The notes under the pieces were generated by a model. The model did no database searches and was not told the DNA's origin. It saw only the letters and a program-made list of their open reading frames with translations. Both the position numbers and the translations under genes were made by a program. DNA of 64,000 nucleotides from Phage NC-G, in sequence record MK310184; one strand, written 5' to 3'. Positions 1 through 13,556 of the stretch are shown one piece after another. The first letter of the stretch is position 1. Every line of letters starts with the position of its first letter.

Positions 1-1
1 G

Positions 2-1291
2 GCAACTTTAAAAGCACGTTTAGATATTCCTACTCAGGCAACAGAAACTTATGTAGGTATTACCCGTTATGCTACTAACGCTGAAGCTATAGCAGGCACA
101 GAGCCCCAGGCTGCAATCGTAGCAACCTCTTTGAAAGCGGTAATGGATTATACATTTGAGAACCGTTTATCAACAGAGAACGCCACAGGCGTTATCAAGA
201 TTTCAACTACACCTGCTGCATTAGCTGGTACCGATGATACCACAGCAATGACCCCACTTAAAGTATCTCAAGCAATTGGTGCGGCCACAGCAGCGTTACC
301 GGTTTATTCTACGGCAACGACAACAAATGAAGGTTTAGTTCGTTTAGCGACTAATGCTGAAGTTGGTAATGGAAATCTTTCTGTAGGTATCGCTATTTCT
401 CCTGCAGGGCTGGCAACTTTAACTTCCACCGAATCAAGAAGTGGTATTATTAAACTCGCAGGTTGGGATATGGTATCTAATGGTACTGACCACACTGCCG
501 CTGTTACTCCGGCCTCTTTGCTAGCTCGTACAGGTAATACAGGACGAATTGGCTTAGTGCGTTTAACTACTACAGTAGGTCAAGGCGATGGTAATACGGC
601 GCTGGCTTATAATGCTAACGTTATTTCTACTTCAGGCGGTGAAATATGGGGTACTTTAAACGTTAATGGTGCATTACGTCGTAATGGTGTTGATGTTGTT
701 ACCCACGACCAATTATCAGATAGCGTTCCGGTAGGTACTATTTGTATGTGGGGCGGCCATGAAGGTAATATCCCTGGCAAATGGCGGGCTTGTGTAGGCG
801 GAACTTATACTGGTGGTGCATATTTAAATGCTGTTGGTGGACGTTGGGGATGGTGGGGTGCTATTCCAGATTTCCGTGGATTATATCCTCGCGGTGCTAA
901 CATGGTTGGTGGATATTCTGAAGGTGAAGTTAACCCACATATTGCCGGTAACCGAGGAGAAGACGGTAAAGGTAAAGCCCGTTTAGGTAACGGTGTAGGT
1001 TCGTTCCCACAATCTTCTGTTCAAGCCCAAGCATTACGTTATCATAAACATGCCGGTGGTTTTGGTGAACATGATAACTATGGCGCTTTTGGTAACACCG
1101 CTAACTCTGGATATGTCGGTACTCGTAAAGGACTTGACTGGGATAACCGTAGTTATTATACTAACGAAGGTTTTGAGACCACTGAACCTTGGAACCGTGA
1201 CGGCCATACCACACTGAATAGTGAAGGACTTATTGCAAATGAAACACGTCCTTGGACAATGTCCGTTCTTTTTATTATTAAAGTAGAATAA
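2..1291 (+). CDS. 12: Short tail fiber protein gp12, 5'-truncated by window edge (C-terminal ~430 aa)
   Basis: Reading frame open from position 2; repeated ...ATNAE.G.. / GLVRLAT motifs typical of gp12 shaft; C-terminal receptor-binding region with His-rich HKHAGGFGEHD; lies immediately upstream of wac as in T4. Confidence 0.85.
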   Translation, partial: ATLKARLDIPTQATETYVGITRYATNAEAIAGTEPQAAIVATSLKAVMDYTFENRLSTENATGVIKISTTPAALAGTDDTTAMTPLKVSQAIGAATAALPVYSTATTTNEGLVRLATNAEVGNGNLSVGIAISPAGLATLTSTESRSGIIKLAGWDMVSNGTDHTAAVTPASLLARTGNTGRIGLVRLTTTVGQGDGNTALAYNANVISTSGGEIWGTLNVNGALRRNGVDVVTHDQLSDSVPVGTICMWGGHEGNIPGKWRACVGGTYTGGAYLNAVGGRWGWWGAIPDFRGLYPRGANMVGGYSEGEVNPHIAGNRGEDGKGKARLGNGVGSFPQSSVQAQALRYHKHAGGFGEHDNYGAFGNTANSGYVGTRKGLDWDNRSYYTNEGFETTEPWNRDGHTTLNSEGLIANETRPWTMSVLFIIKVE

Positions 1292-1300
1292 GGGTAAAAA

Positions 1301-3556
1301 ATGATTAACAAATTGGAACTTAGTGAGTTACCATTTGTTGACGGCGTACCTGATGCTCCTCAAAAGCGTATCCAATGGATACGCGAGGGTGATTGTATGT
1401 CTGCAGCAAAAACAAAATACGGCAATGAAGGTAATTTGAACGCTGCTGCTTTAGGAGTTCAGAAAAACGTAGAAGCTCTTGATGCCAACGATTTAAAAAC
1501 TGCTGATAAAGTTAATGAGCTTATAGAAAACGTTAATAATATCAATGACGCTTTAGAAATGTCAACAGATATTTCTATCATTCAACAAATAGAGAAAAAC
1601 CGTGTTGATATTGTAGACCTTAAAAAAGTCACCGAAGATACAACAGAAAAATTGGACACCTTAACAACCAATTTTGATTTCTTGCGTGAAGATGTTGGAT
1701 ATCATGACCCTTTACAAGACGGCCCATATTTAACTGTACGTGAAAATATTGTTCTTCTTAAAAATGAAATTGGTCACTATGAGAACCAGGATATAAACGG
1801 TAATCCTTTACCTCCGGGTGAAACTAGTGAAGCCACTGGTATAAAACGCCGCATCATGGATAATACCACTGAATTGGTGGACCATCGTCTTCGTATTGAT
1901 ACCCTTGAAAGAAACTATGAAGATTCTGATGTTGGGCAATTAGGTATTAAACTAAATGAAATTCGTGCCGAATTAGGACCACATTCTGATACGGTAGGTA
2001 AACAACCTGCATATACCCGAATTTCAGTATTAGAAACGGCTGCAGTTAATTTTAATACGGCTATTGACGAAATTAAGGATAATATTGATTTCTCTGGTAT
2101 GCCTATAAAGGACCGAGTAACTACTTTAGAAAGCAAAACCCTTACCTTAGAAAATTCAGTTAACGTTGATTTAAAACCTAGAGTAACTTCTATAGAAACT
2201 CAAATCGGTTCTGAGTCTGCACCAGCATCTATTAATGGTCGTTTAAGCGGGCTTCGTACTGATGTAAATGATTTAAAAACCGTTGTTGGTAATAGTTCTA
2301 GTGAAGGGCTTCGTTTCCAGGTTTCCGATATTAATCGACGCCTTGGTAGTGAAGTGTCTCCTGCTGCCGGCACGATTAATAAGCGTTTGAATGATGTTAT
2401 TATTCAAGCAAACCAATCCACCTCGTCCATCCAGGATATTCAGGTAGAAATTGGTAACAACCAATCCGGTATAAAAGGTACTTTGCTTAAGCTCACAAAT
2501 AAGGTTGACGGGACGAACCCTAACGGAGCTACTGTAGAAGAACGTGGTCTTATTAATGCGGTTACTTCTTTAGAAACCCAGATGCAAGGTAAATTAGGTG
2601 ACGCACCTTCTGATGGTAAACTCTATGCACGTCGAAATGCGGCATGGGCTGAAGTTGTTAATAATTCCACAGAAATAGAAACTGTTAAAGCCGATTTGGT
2701 TGTTACCAATGGTAAAGTGACCGCTTTAACTTCCAGAGTAGATGATAATGATACTTCTATTTCATCTCTTAATACTCACACCACTGCTCTAAATACTTCG
2801 GTTGGTGAGATTAAAGCCGATATAGTTACTATAAAGGCTAAAGATGTTGAACAGGACGGTCGTTTAACTTCTTTGGAAGAGGCTGATGTTGCTATTAACG
2901 GTAAAATTGCTGCTCTCGAAACTAAGACAGATACCACTGATGATGATGTCACAGCACTGGCTTTAGACGTTTCTTCTTTAGAGAACCAATTGACTCCTAT
3001 AAAAGCCGATATTACCAAAAACAAAGGTGATATTGTTGCCTTAACTGGTCGGGTGGCTTCTACTGAAGGTGAAATTACCGCAATTAAAGTTGATACAGCC
3101 AAAATTGCTCCTTTAACAACTAGAGTTACTACAGCAGAAGGTAAAATCACTACTTTAGAAACAGGGCTTGCCGCTGTTAAAGTCGAATCTGATAAGGTAG
3201 CAGGTATTAATACCCGCCTTGGCACTGCAGAAGATGACATCGGAACACTTGAAACGGGTTTAGCTGCTGTTAAAGTCGAATCCGATAAGGTAGCAGGTAT
3301 TAATACCCGTTTAGGTACGGTCGAAGGTAAAGTTGGTACTCTTGAAACAGGTTTGGCTGCTGTTAAAGTTGAATCTGATAAAGTTGCTGACTTAGGAACC
3401 CGTTTAACCGCCGCCGAAGGTAAAATTACAGCCTTAGAAACAGAATTATCTAAACGTCCACCGGTGGCTCCTGCCGCAGACGGACTTCCGTATGTTCTGG
3501 TTGATAATGCATGGGTATTATTATCTGATTTTGTGACTTTAAACTCAGCACCATAA
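1301..3556 (+). CDS. wac: Fibritin (whisker antigen control, neck whiskers), 751 aa, extended coiled coil with C-terminal foldon-like tail
   Basis: Heptad-rich coiled-coil segments throughout; C-terminus ...DGLPYVLVDNAWVLLSDF resembles the T4 fibritin foldon; position between 12 and 13. Confidence 0.9.
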   Translation: MINKLELSELPFVDGVPDAPQKRIQWIREGDCMSAAKTKYGNEGNLNAAALGVQKNVEALDANDLKTADKVNELIENVNNINDALEMSTDISIIQQIEKNRVDIVDLKKVTEDTTEKLDTLTTNFDFLREDVGYHDPLQDGPYLTVRENIVLLKNEIGHYENQDINGNPLPPGETSEATGIKRRIMDNTTELVDHRLRIDTLERNYEDSDVGQLGIKLNEIRAELGPHSDTVGKQPAYTRISVLETAAVNFNTAIDEIKDNIDFSGMPIKDRVTTLESKTLTLENSVNVDLKPRVTSIETQIGSESAPASINGRLSGLRTDVNDLKTVVGNSSSEGLRFQVSDINRRLGSEVSPAAGTINKRLNDVIIQANQSTSSIQDIQVEIGNNQSGIKGTLLKLTNKVDGTNPNGATVEERGLINAVTSLETQMQGKLGDAPSDGKLYARRNAAWAEVVNNSTEIETVKADLVVTNGKVTALTSRVDDNDTSISSLNTHTTALNTSVGEIKADIVTIKAKDVEQDGRLTSLEEADVAINGKIAALETKTDTTDDDVTALALDVSSLENQLTPIKADITKNKGDIVALTGRVASTEGEITAIKVDTAKIAPLTTRVTTAEGKITTLETGLAAVKVESDKVAGINTRLGTAEDDIGTLETGLAAVKVESDKVAGINTRLGTVEGKVGTLETGLAAVKVESDKVADLGTRLTAAEGKITALETELSKRPPVAPAADGLPYVLVDNAWVLLSDFVTLNSAP
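3151..3429 (+). repeat. Three near-perfect tandem 93-bp (31-codon) repeats inside wac coding sequence
   Basis: Protein segment TLETGLAAVKVESDKVAGINTRLGT... occurs three times in register; DNA units begin at about 3151, 3244 and 3337. Confidence 0.85.
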
Positions 3557-3557
3557 T

Positions 3558-3579
3558 AAAAGGGCTTCGGCCCTTTTTT
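3558..3579 (+). terminator. Rho-independent terminator after wac (GGGC-UUCG-GCCC hairpin plus T6)
   Basis: aaagggcttcggcccttttttg directly after the wac stop codon. Confidence 0.8.
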
Positions 3580-3581
3580 GC

Positions 3582-3589
3582 TATAAATA
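3582..3589 (+). promoter_or_regulatory. T4-type late promoter TATAAATA upstream of gene 13
   Basis: Exact TATAAATA about 22 nt upstream of the gene 13 ATG. Confidence 0.7.
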
Positions 3590-3610
3590 CGGTTATTAGA
3601 GGAATAAAAC

Positions 3611-4546
3611 ATGGCAAGTGAATCATATAACCCTAAGCAACTCAAGGACGCTATTCTGCGCCGCCTGGGTGCACCGATTACAAATATTGAAGTAACTACT
3701 GACCAAGTGTATGATTGTATCCAGAGGGCCTTAGAGCTCTACGGTGAATACCATTATAACGGGTATAACAAAGGTTATCAGGCTTTTTATATTGGCCATG
3801 ACGATGAAGAAAAATTCCGTAATGGTGTATTCGACCTTAAAGGACGTAATATATTTGCAGTAACACAAATTTTGAGAACTAACGTTGGTTCTTTAACATC
3901 TATGGACGGGCAAGCAACTTATCCGTGGTTTACAGATTTTGTACTAGGTTTGGCAGGTATTAATGGCGGTCTTGGGTCTTCATGTAACAGTTTTGGACCT
4001 AATGCCTTCGGCGCCGACCTTGGTTATTTTACACAATTAATGCAATATCGTTCTATGATGCAGGACCTTTTGGTTCCGCTGCCTGATTATTGGTATAATG
4101 ATGCCACTGAACAATTAAAGGTAATGGGCAACTTTGTTAAAGGCGACTTTATTGTAATTGAAGTTTATACCCGTTCATTTAATGGCGTTGATTCCATGGT
4201 TGGGAATACAGCAGGATATGGATACGCTTCTGGCGGCTGTGACGAAAATGAATGGAGCCCTGGGGCTATTTGGGACAATCCTGCACGTCGAATTTCCGGA
4301 ATGAGAGCTGGCGAAGACCTTGGACTACAAGATGGTGCTTATAATAACCGTTGGGTCAAAGATTACGCTACGGCATTAGTTAAAGAGGTCAATGGTAATA
4401 TTTTAGCCAAACACCAAGGTATGCAATTAGCAGGCGGGACCACTGTAGACGGCATTCGATTGATTGAAGAAGCTCGTTTAGAAAAAGAACGTCTTCGCGA
4501 AGAATTAGATTTGCTCGACCCACCAACACCTATTTTAATTGGATAA
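3611..4546 (+). CDS. 13: Neck protein gp13
   Basis: 311-aa ORF, size and position match T4 gp13; preceded by late promoter; tightly followed by gene 14. Confidence 0.85.
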   Translation: MASESYNPKQLKDAILRRLGAPITNIEVTTDQVYDCIQRALELYGEYHYNGYNKGYQAFYIGHDDEEKFRNGVFDLKGRNIFAVTQILRTNVGSLTSMDGQATYPWFTDFVLGLAGINGGLGSSCNSFGPNAFGADLGYFTQLMQYRSMMQDLLVPLPDYWYNDATEQLKVMGNFVKGDFIVIEVYTRSFNGVDSMVGNTAGYGYASGGCDENEWSPGAIWDNPARRISGMRAGEDLGLQDGAYNNRWVKDYATALVKEVNGNILAKHQGMQLAGGTTVDGIRLIEEARLEKERLREELDLLDPPTPILIG

Positions 4547-4548
4547 TT

Positions 4549-5319
4549 ATGGCCACTTTCGATTCGAGTTTATTCGCTAAGCTGGAAAATAACACCGGCT
4601 ATGCTAACACGAACGAAACTGAAATAATGAACCCTTTCGTCAACTTTTATCGCCATGAGAACACTCAAACATTGGCTGATGCTTTAGTTGCTGAGTCTAT
4701 TCAAATGCGTGGTATCGAGCTTTATTATATACCACGCGAATACGTTAATCCTGACCAGCTATTTGGCGAAGACCTTCAGAACAAATTTACTAAAGCCTGG
4801 AAGTTTGCGGGTTATTTGGATTCCTTTGAAGGTTATTCCGGTGACAATACTTATTTCAGTAAGTTCGGTATGATGGTTAATGATGAAGTAACAATCACAA
4901 TTAACCCTAACCTTTTTAAACATCAATGCAACGGTACTGAACCTGTTTCAGGTGACTTGATTTATTTCCCAATGGACAATAGTCTATTCGAAATTAACTG
5001 GGTTCAACCTTACGACCCTTTCTATCAAGTCGGTACAAACGTCCAGCGTCGCATTACTGCTACCAAGTTCATTTATAATGGTGAGGAACTTCGTCCTGAA
5101 TTACAGAGAAATGAAGGCATTAATATTCCTGAATTCAGTGAGCTTGATTTAATGCCTGTTAAGAATATTGATGGGTTGGCTGATATCTCTGACATTCAAT
5201 ACGAAGAGGTTAATGAGATTAATGCTGAAGCGGCGGAATTCGTACATCCTTATGTGGTGATTAATGGTAGAGGAGAAGATGCTCCTACAGCATTTGATGA
5301 TGCTTTTTTAGATGATTAA
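4549..5319 (+). CDS. 14: Neck protein gp14
   Basis: 256-aa ORF, same length as T4 gp14, syntenic. Confidence 0.85.
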   Translation: MATFDSSLFAKLENNTGYANTNETEIMNPFVNFYRHENTQTLADALVAESIQMRGIELYYIPREYVNPDQLFGEDLQNKFTKAWKFAGYLDSFEGYSGDNTYFSKFGMMVNDEVTITINPNLFKHQCNGTEPVSGDLIYFPMDNSLFEINWVQPYDPFYQVGTNVQRRITATKFIYNGEELRPELQRNEGINIPEFSELDLMPVKNIDGLADISDIQYEEVNEINAEAAEFVHPYVVINGRGEDAPTAFDDAFLDD

Positions 5320-5326
5320 ATAATAC

Positions 5327-5348
5327 ATGGCGCATCCCGCGCCATTTT
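5327..5348 (+). terminator. Hairpin terminator after gene 14
   Basis: tggcgcatcccgcgcca stem-loop followed by TTTT. Confidence 0.6.
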
Positions 5349-5355
5349 AGGAGGT

Positions 5356-6221
5356 TTGATGTTTGGACATTGGTATAATAGTTCGCTACGTCGCTATATT
5401 GTTTTGATGGGTGATTTATTTTCCCATGTTCAAGTAGCACGTCAAAGAGAAGATACAGGGCTTAAATTTATTAAGGTTCCTATTACGTATGCTTCTAAAG
5501 AAAGATTTATGGCTAACTTAGGTAAATGGACGGCAGTACAGAATATCCCAAATCCTAATATGACGCCAAAAGAACGGGCTGAACAAAAAGCTAAAGTGGA
5601 AACTGTTCTTCCACGTATGAACCTTCAAATGGTTGACATGCTTTATAACTCACAATACAAAACAGCTCTTCAAAACAGAACACAAATTCAATTTGAGAAT
5701 GGGGACCCTCGGAAACGAGTCAGCCAATATTCTCCTACTCCAGTAAAAATGATTTTTGAACTGGGTATTTACACCAGAACTCAAGATGATATGTTCCAGA
5801 TTGTGGAACAAATTATGCCGTATTTCCAACCTCACTTTAATACAACAATTACCGAACTCTATACAAACGAAATTAAATTTGACCGTGATATTCGTATTGT
5901 GTTCCAATCTATAGCAATGGACGAACAATTAGAGGGTGATACCACTTCACGTCGTCGCTTGGAATGGTCTATGATGTTTGAGGTTAACGGATGGCTATAT
6001 CCTCCTGTTAAAGAAATGGAAGGCGAAATCAAAACCATTTATCTTGATTTCTTTGCCAACTCTAAAGAACTCGCTCCTGAAGGTAATTTTGAATCGGTTG
6101 ATAGCGAAGTAGTTCCTAGAGGTGTAGAAGAAAAAGAATGGGATGGTAAGTCCATTCAAACGTATTCACAAGATATTCCGGTGCCTGTTGAACCAGAACC
6201 TCCAGCACCAAGGAGAAACCC

Positions 6222-6225
<4 letters not shown>
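5356..6225 (+). CDS. 15: Tail sheath stabilizer / tail completion protein gp15
   Basis: 289-aa ORF in the syntenic position between 14 and 16; stop overlaps gene 16 start (ATGA). Confidence 0.85.
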
Positions 6226-8535
<2,310 letters not shown>

Positions 8536-8564
8536 ACAATAAAGCATAACCAAGAGGATTCAAA

Positions 8565-10547
8565 ATGGCTTTATTATCACCGGGCATTGAGCTCAAAGAA
8601 ACGTCCGTACAGAGTACTGTCGTTCGTAACGCAACGGGTCGTGCAGCGCTGGTTGGTAAATTCCAGTGGGGCCCTGCTTTCCAGGTAACTCAGATTACCA
8701 ATGAAGTTGAACTGGTTGATTTGTTTGGAGGTCCTAATAACGAAGTAGCAGATTACTTTATGTCTGGTATGAACTTCCTCCAGTATGGTAATGACCTTCG
8801 TACAGTTCGTGTCGTTAGTCGCGAATTTGCTAAAAACGCATCTCCTATCGCTGGTAATATCGAAACCACTATTACTACGGCTGGTTCCAACTATGCTGTA
8901 GGCGATAAAATTAATATTAAATATAACCAAACTGTAGTCGAATCTGAAGGTCGTGTGACTTCTGTAGATACAGACGGTAAAATTCTTTCTGTGTTTATTC
9001 CGTCAGCAAAAATTATTGCTTACGCACGTTCTTTAAACCAGTATCCTACCCTAGGCCCGGCTTGGACTGCTGAAGTTACTTCCGCCTCTTCGGGTGTTTC
9101 CGGTACTATTACCGTAGGTAAAATTGTTACGGATTCCGGTATTCTTTTGACCGAAGCCGAGAATAGTGAAGAAGCTATTACTTCTCTTGAATTCCAAGCG
9201 GCCCTTAAGAAATTTGCTATGCCAGGCGTAGTGGCTCTTTATCCTGGTGAAATTGGTTCTACTCTGGAAGTAGAAATCGTTTCTAAAGCAGCTTATGAAG
9301 CTGGTTCTTCTAAAATGTTGGATGTTTATCCTGGTGGCGGTACCCGTGCTTCTATTGCCAAGGCAGTATTTAATTACGGACCTCAAACAGATGACCAATA
9401 TGCTATTATCGTTCGTCGCGATGGCGCTATCGTAGAATCAGTCGTACTTTCCACCAAAGAAGGTGAAAAAGACGTTTACGGTAATAACATTTATCTTGAC
9501 GATTATTTCGCTAAAGGTACTTCTAATTACATCTATGCTACCTCGTTAAACTGGCCGAAAGGATTTAGTGGTATCATTAATCTGTCTGGTGGTATTTCCG
9601 CCAACGATAAAGTTACTGCAGGCGATTTGATGCAGGGTTGGGATTTGTTTGCCGACCGTGAAGCACTCCATATTAACCTGCTTATTGCTGGTGCTGTTGC
9701 TGGTGAAGGCGATGAAGTGGCTTCTACTGTTCAGAAACACGTTGTGAGTATTGCTGATGAACGTCAGGATTGCTTAGCATTTATTTCTCCTCCTAAAGGT
9801 CTGTTGGTTAACGTTCCACTGACTCGTGCAGTAGATAACCTTATCGACTGGCGTACCGGTGCAGGTACTTTCGATGCCAACAACATGAACATCAGTACCA
9901 CTTATGCCGCTATTGATGGTAACTATAAATATCAATACGACAAATATAACGACGTAAACCGTTGGGTACCACTGGCTGCCGATTTGGCTGGTTTGTGTGC
10001 ACGTACTGATGATGTGTCCCAGCCTTGGATGTCTCCTGCCGGTTATAACCGTGGTCAGATTCTTAACGTTCTGAAATTGGCAATTGAACCGCGTCAAGCA
10101 CAACGCGACCGCATGTACCAGGAAGCTATTAACCCGGTTGTTGGTTTTGCTGGTGGTGATGGTTTTGTATTGTTTGGTGATAAGACTGCAACTAAAGTTC
10201 CATCTCCGATGGACCATATTAACGTTCGCCGTCTGTTCAACATGCTTAAGAAAAATATCGGTGATGCCTCTAAATATAAACTGTTTGAATTGAACGATAA
10301 CTTCACTCGTTCAAGCTTCCGTATGGAAGTTTCTCAGTACTTAGATGGTATTAAGGCACTTGGTGGGATTTATGAAGGACGTGTGGTTTGTGATACTACA
10401 GTGAACACCCCTGCGGTTATCGACCGTAACGAGTTTATTGCTAATATCTATGTTAAACCTGCTCGTTCTATTAACTACATCACGTTGAACTTCGTTGCAA
10501 CGAGCACTGGTGCTGATTTTGATGAATTGATTGGACCTTTAGTATAA
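8565..10547 (+). CDS. 18: Contractile tail sheath protein gp18
   Basis: 660 aa (T4 gp18 659 aa); syntenic between 17 and 19. Confidence 0.95.
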   Translation: MALLSPGIELKETSVQSTVVRNATGRAALVGKFQWGPAFQVTQITNEVELVDLFGGPNNEVADYFMSGMNFLQYGNDLRTVRVVSREFAKNASPIAGNIETTITTAGSNYAVGDKINIKYNQTVVESEGRVTSVDTDGKILSVFIPSAKIIAYARSLNQYPTLGPAWTAEVTSASSGVSGTITVGKIVTDSGILLTEAENSEEAITSLEFQAALKKFAMPGVVALYPGEIGSTLEVEIVSKAAYEAGSSKMLDVYPGGGTRASIAKAVFNYGPQTDDQYAIIVRRDGAIVESVVLSTKEGEKDVYGNNIYLDDYFAKGTSNYIYATSLNWPKGFSGIINLSGGISANDKVTAGDLMQGWDLFADREALHINLLIAGAVAGEGDEVASTVQKHVVSIADERQDCLAFISPPKGLLVNVPLTRAVDNLIDWRTGAGTFDANNMNISTTYAAIDGNYKYQYDKYNDVNRWVPLAADLAGLCARTDDVSQPWMSPAGYNRGQILNVLKLAIEPRQAQRDRMYQEAINPVVGFAGGDGFVLFGDKTATKVPSPMDHINVRRLFNMLKKNIGDASKYKLFELNDNFTRSSFRMEVSQYLDGIKALGGIYEGRVVCDTTVNTPAVIDRNEFIANIYVKPARSINYITLNFVATSTGADFDELIGPLV

Positions 10548-10675
10548 TCTATTATCCCAGGCTGTAATATAAAGAACCTAAAACCATTATACCATGTGTT
10601 TGGTTACAGCGTACATCACGTAGAATTGCGCCTGGGATTGATTAACTATCAGGAATATGATTTATCAACTGTTAT

Positions 10676-10683
10676 AAATAAAT
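10676..10683 (+). promoter_or_regulatory. Late promoter TATAAATA upstream of gene 19, followed by a leader hairpin (10696-10717)
   Basis: TATAAATA then gttcctgg-tgtg-gccaggaac hairpin then GAGG Shine-Dalgarno and ATG at 10733. Confidence 0.65.
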
Positions 10684-10732
10684 TAATCAGAACGTTCCTG
10701 GTGTGGCCAGGAACTGACTTATGAGGCATCCC

Positions 10733-11224
10733 ATGGAGTTGACAGATATCACTCGTGCGTTTGAGTCAGGTGACTTTGCACGCCCTAACCTTTTCGAAGT
10801 GGAAATTCCATTTCTTGGTAAAAACTTTAGCTTTAAATGTAAAGCAGCACCTATGCCTGCAGGCATTGTAGAAAAAGTACCGGTTGGCTACATGAACCGT
10901 AAAATTAACGTAGCTGGTGACCGTACATTTGATGATTGGACTATTACCATTTATAACGATGATGCTCATGACACCCGTCAGGCAATTGTTGATTGGCAAA
11001 ACCTCTGCCATGGTATGACCAATGAAATTACCGGTGCAGCACCTGCAGAATATAAGAAACAAGCAATTGTTCGACAGTTCCACCGTGACGGTAAGACTGT
11101 GACTAAAGAAGTTACAATTTATGGCTTATGGCCTACTAACGTTGGTGAAGTCCAGATGGACTGGGATTCTAACAACGAAGTTGAAACGTTTGAAAGTACG
11201 TTCGCTATCGATTGGTGGGAATGA
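10733..11224 (+). CDS. 19: Tail tube protein gp19
   Basis: Start placed at second ATG (GAGG SD 7 nt upstream) giving 163 aa as in T4; N-terminus ...DITRAFESGDFARPNLFEVEI matches remembered gp19. Confidence 0.92.
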   Translation: MELTDITRAFESGDFARPNLFEVEIPFLGKNFSFKCKAAPMPAGIVEKVPVGYMNRKINVAGDRTFDDWTITIYNDDAHDTRQAIVDWQNLCHGMTNEITGAAPAEYKKQAIVRQFHRDGKTVTKEVTIYGLWPTNVGEVQMDWDSNNEVETFESTFAIDWWE

Positions 11225-11225
11225 G

Positions 11226-11233
11226 TATAAATA
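11226..11233 (+). promoter_or_regulatory. Late promoter TATAAATA upstream of gene 20, with hairpin 11241-11259 in the leader
   Basis: TATAAATA directly after gene 19 stop; GGAGC-UUCG-GCUCC hairpin between promoter and gene 20 ATG. Confidence 0.65.
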
Positions 11234-11281
11234 GAATTATAAAGGAGCTTCGGCTCCTTATCCCATTCATCGGAGACTCTA

Positions 11282-12856
11282 ATGGCAAACTTTAATACAA
11301 TATTAAGTTTTCTTAAGCCATGGGCTAATGAAGACGAAAAAGAATATAAACAACAATTAAATAACAATTTAGAGTCTGTCACTGCACCTAAGCTTGATGA
11401 TGGCGCTCGCGAAATTGAAACCCAAGAGCAAAATATCCCTTATAACGCTCTTATGCAACAAATGTTTGGTAGTAATGAGCCTGAAGTTAAAAACACCAGG
11501 GAACTCATTGATACCTACCGTAATTTGATGAACAACTATGAAGTCGATAACGCAGTTCAAGAAATTGTGTCTGACGCTATTGTCTACGAGGATGATAAAG
11601 AAGTAGTTGCATTAAATTTAGACGGGACTGATTTCAGCCAAGCAATTAAAGATAAAATTTTGGCCGAATTTAGTGAAGTTTTAAACCTTTTAAATTTCCA
11701 ACGTAAAGGCACTGACCATTTCCAACGTTGGTATGTAGACTCAAGAATATTCTTTCATAAAATTATAAACCCTAAAAAAATGAAAGATGGTATACAAGAG
11801 CTCCGTCGTTTAGACCCTCGCCAACTCCAATATATCCGTGAAATTGTTACACGTATGGAAGACGGTGTTAAAATTGTAGATGGATACCGCGAGTTTTTCG
11901 TTTACGATACTGGTCATGAAAGTTATTGTGCTGATGGACGCATTTATTCAGCTGGGACTAAAGTTAAAATTCCTCGTGCTGCTGTAGTTTATGCACATTC
12001 TGGGTTATTGGATTGTTGTGGTAAAAACATCATTGGCTATTTGCAACGTGCTATTAAGCCTGCAAACCAGCTTAAATTGATGGAAGATGCAATGGTCATC
12101 TATCGTATTACCCGTGCTCCCGACCGTCGTGTATTTTATATCGATACAGGAAATATGCCTTCTCGTAAGGCTGCGGCACAAATGCAACATATCATGAACA
12201 CGATGAAAAACCGTGTGGTATATGATGCTTCGACCGGTAAAATTAAAAACCAGCAACATAATATGTCGATGACTGAAGACTATTGGTTGCAACGTCGAGA
12301 CGGTAAAGCGGTAACAGAAGTTGATACCATGCCTGGTGCCACAGGTATGAGTGATATGGATGACGTTCTTTATTTCCGCACAGCACTTTACCGTGCATTG
12401 CGTATTCCAGAGTCACGTATCCCTAGTGAATCTAATTCCGGTGTTATGTTTGATGCTGGTACGGCTATAACTCGTGATGAGTTGAAATTTGCCAAATGGA
12501 TTCGCCAGCTCCAAAATAAATTCGAAGAAATTTTCTTAGACCCATTAAAAACAAACCTCATTCTTAAAAAGATTATTACAGAAGATGAGTGGGAAAGAGA
12601 AATAAATAATATTAAAGTTACGTTCAACCGTGATAGCTACTTCAGTGAAATGAAAGATGCGGAAATCATGGAACGCAGAATCAATATGCTAACGATGGCT
12701 GAACCATTTATTGGTAAGTATATTTCACATCAAACGGCTATGAAAGATTTCCTTCAGATGACTGACGAAGAAATTAATCAAGAAGCTAAGCAAATTGAAG
12801 AAGAGTCTAAAGAGGCTCGTTTCCAAAACCCAGATGAAGAAGAAGAGGATTTCTAA
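11282..12856 (+). CDS. 20: Portal vertex protein gp20
   Basis: 524 aa, identical length to T4 gp20; acidic C-terminus; upstream of prohead core genes. Confidence 0.95.
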   Translation: MANFNTILSFLKPWANEDEKEYKQQLNNNLESVTAPKLDDGAREIETQEQNIPYNALMQQMFGSNEPEVKNTRELIDTYRNLMNNYEVDNAVQEIVSDAIVYEDDKEVVALNLDGTDFSQAIKDKILAEFSEVLNLLNFQRKGTDHFQRWYVDSRIFFHKIINPKKMKDGIQELRRLDPRQLQYIREIVTRMEDGVKIVDGYREFFVYDTGHESYCADGRIYSAGTKVKIPRAAVVYAHSGLLDCCGKNIIGYLQRAIKPANQLKLMEDAMVIYRITRAPDRRVFYIDTGNMPSRKAAAQMQHIMNTMKNRVVYDASTGKIKNQQHNMSMTEDYWLQRRDGKAVTEVDTMPGATGMSDMDDVLYFRTALYRALRIPESRIPSESNSGVMFDAGTAITRDELKFAKWIRQLQNKFEEIFLDPLKTNLILKKIITEDEWEREINNIKVTFNRDSYFSEMKDAEIMERRINMLTMAEPFIGKYISHQTAMKDFLQMTDEEINQEAKQIEEESKEARFQNPDEEEEDF

Positions 12857-13128
12857 TGGAAGATTTAATCGAAGCTATTAAATCAAACGACCTCGTAGCA
12901 GTTCGTAAAGCAGCAGCCCCGCTTATCGAATCTCGAGTAGCCGCTTTGATTGAAGCCCGTAAAGCAGAAATTGCTCGCTCCGTTATGATTGAAGGCGAAG
13001 AAGCCGACGAAGATGACGAAGACGAAGATAAAGACGAAAAATCCGATAAAGCAGATAAGAAAGACAAAAAAGAATCTGACGATGCGGATGAAGGTGATGA
13101 TGGTGATGACGACGAGGACGATGAATAA
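12856..13128 (+). CDS. 67: Prohead core protein gp67 (highly acidic C-terminus)
   Basis: 90-aa ORF with poly-D/E tail, translationally coupled between 20 and 68. Confidence 0.85.
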   Translation: MEDLIEAIKSNDLVAVRKAAAPLIESRVAALIEARKAEIARSVMIEGEEADEDDEDEDKDEKSDKADKKDKKESDDADEGDDGDDDEDDE

Positions 13129-13556
13129 TGTTCCTTATCCCTGATGATTACGAATTAACTCTAGAAAGCGTAGAGGCCAAAATTCCAGAAGCACAGGGAC
13201 GTTTTGCTACTCTTTCTGAAGCCCTCGAGAAAAGCGATATAAATAATCTTGTAGAGAACATGATTGCTGATGGCGATATTGATACAGCTATTGCCATCGC
13301 CTCTTTGAATGAAAATATGGCTCTTAACGAATTTATCGTTAAGCACGTTTCTTCTAAAGGTGAGCTTACTCGTACTAAAGATATTAAAACCCGTCAACGC
13401 AACGCTTATCAAACGACCGGGTTGTCTAAAGCAAAACGCCGTCAGATTGCTCGCAAAGCATCTAAAACCAAACGTGCTAACCCGTCTATTCAAGTACGCG
13501 CCGAACGTAAGCGTAAGAAAGCTCGTTCTAAACGTAAAGCCTTTGGACTTAACTAA
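13128..13556 (+). CDS. 68: Prohead core protein gp68
   Basis: 142 aa (T4 gp68 141 aa), basic C-terminus, syntenic. Confidence 0.85.
   Translation: MFLIPDDYELTLESVEAKIPEAQGRFATLSEALEKSDINNLVENMIADGDIDTAIAIASLNENMALNEFIVKHVSSKGELTRTKDIKTRQRNAYQTTGLSKAKRRQIARKASKTKRANPSIQVRAERKRKKARSKRKAFGLN

Noticed and set aside
3151-3429. CRISPR-like appearance of the 93-bp tandem repeats
   Set aside because: The repeats are in-frame coding sequence of fibritin with no spacers; no CRISPR array or cas genes are present in the window.
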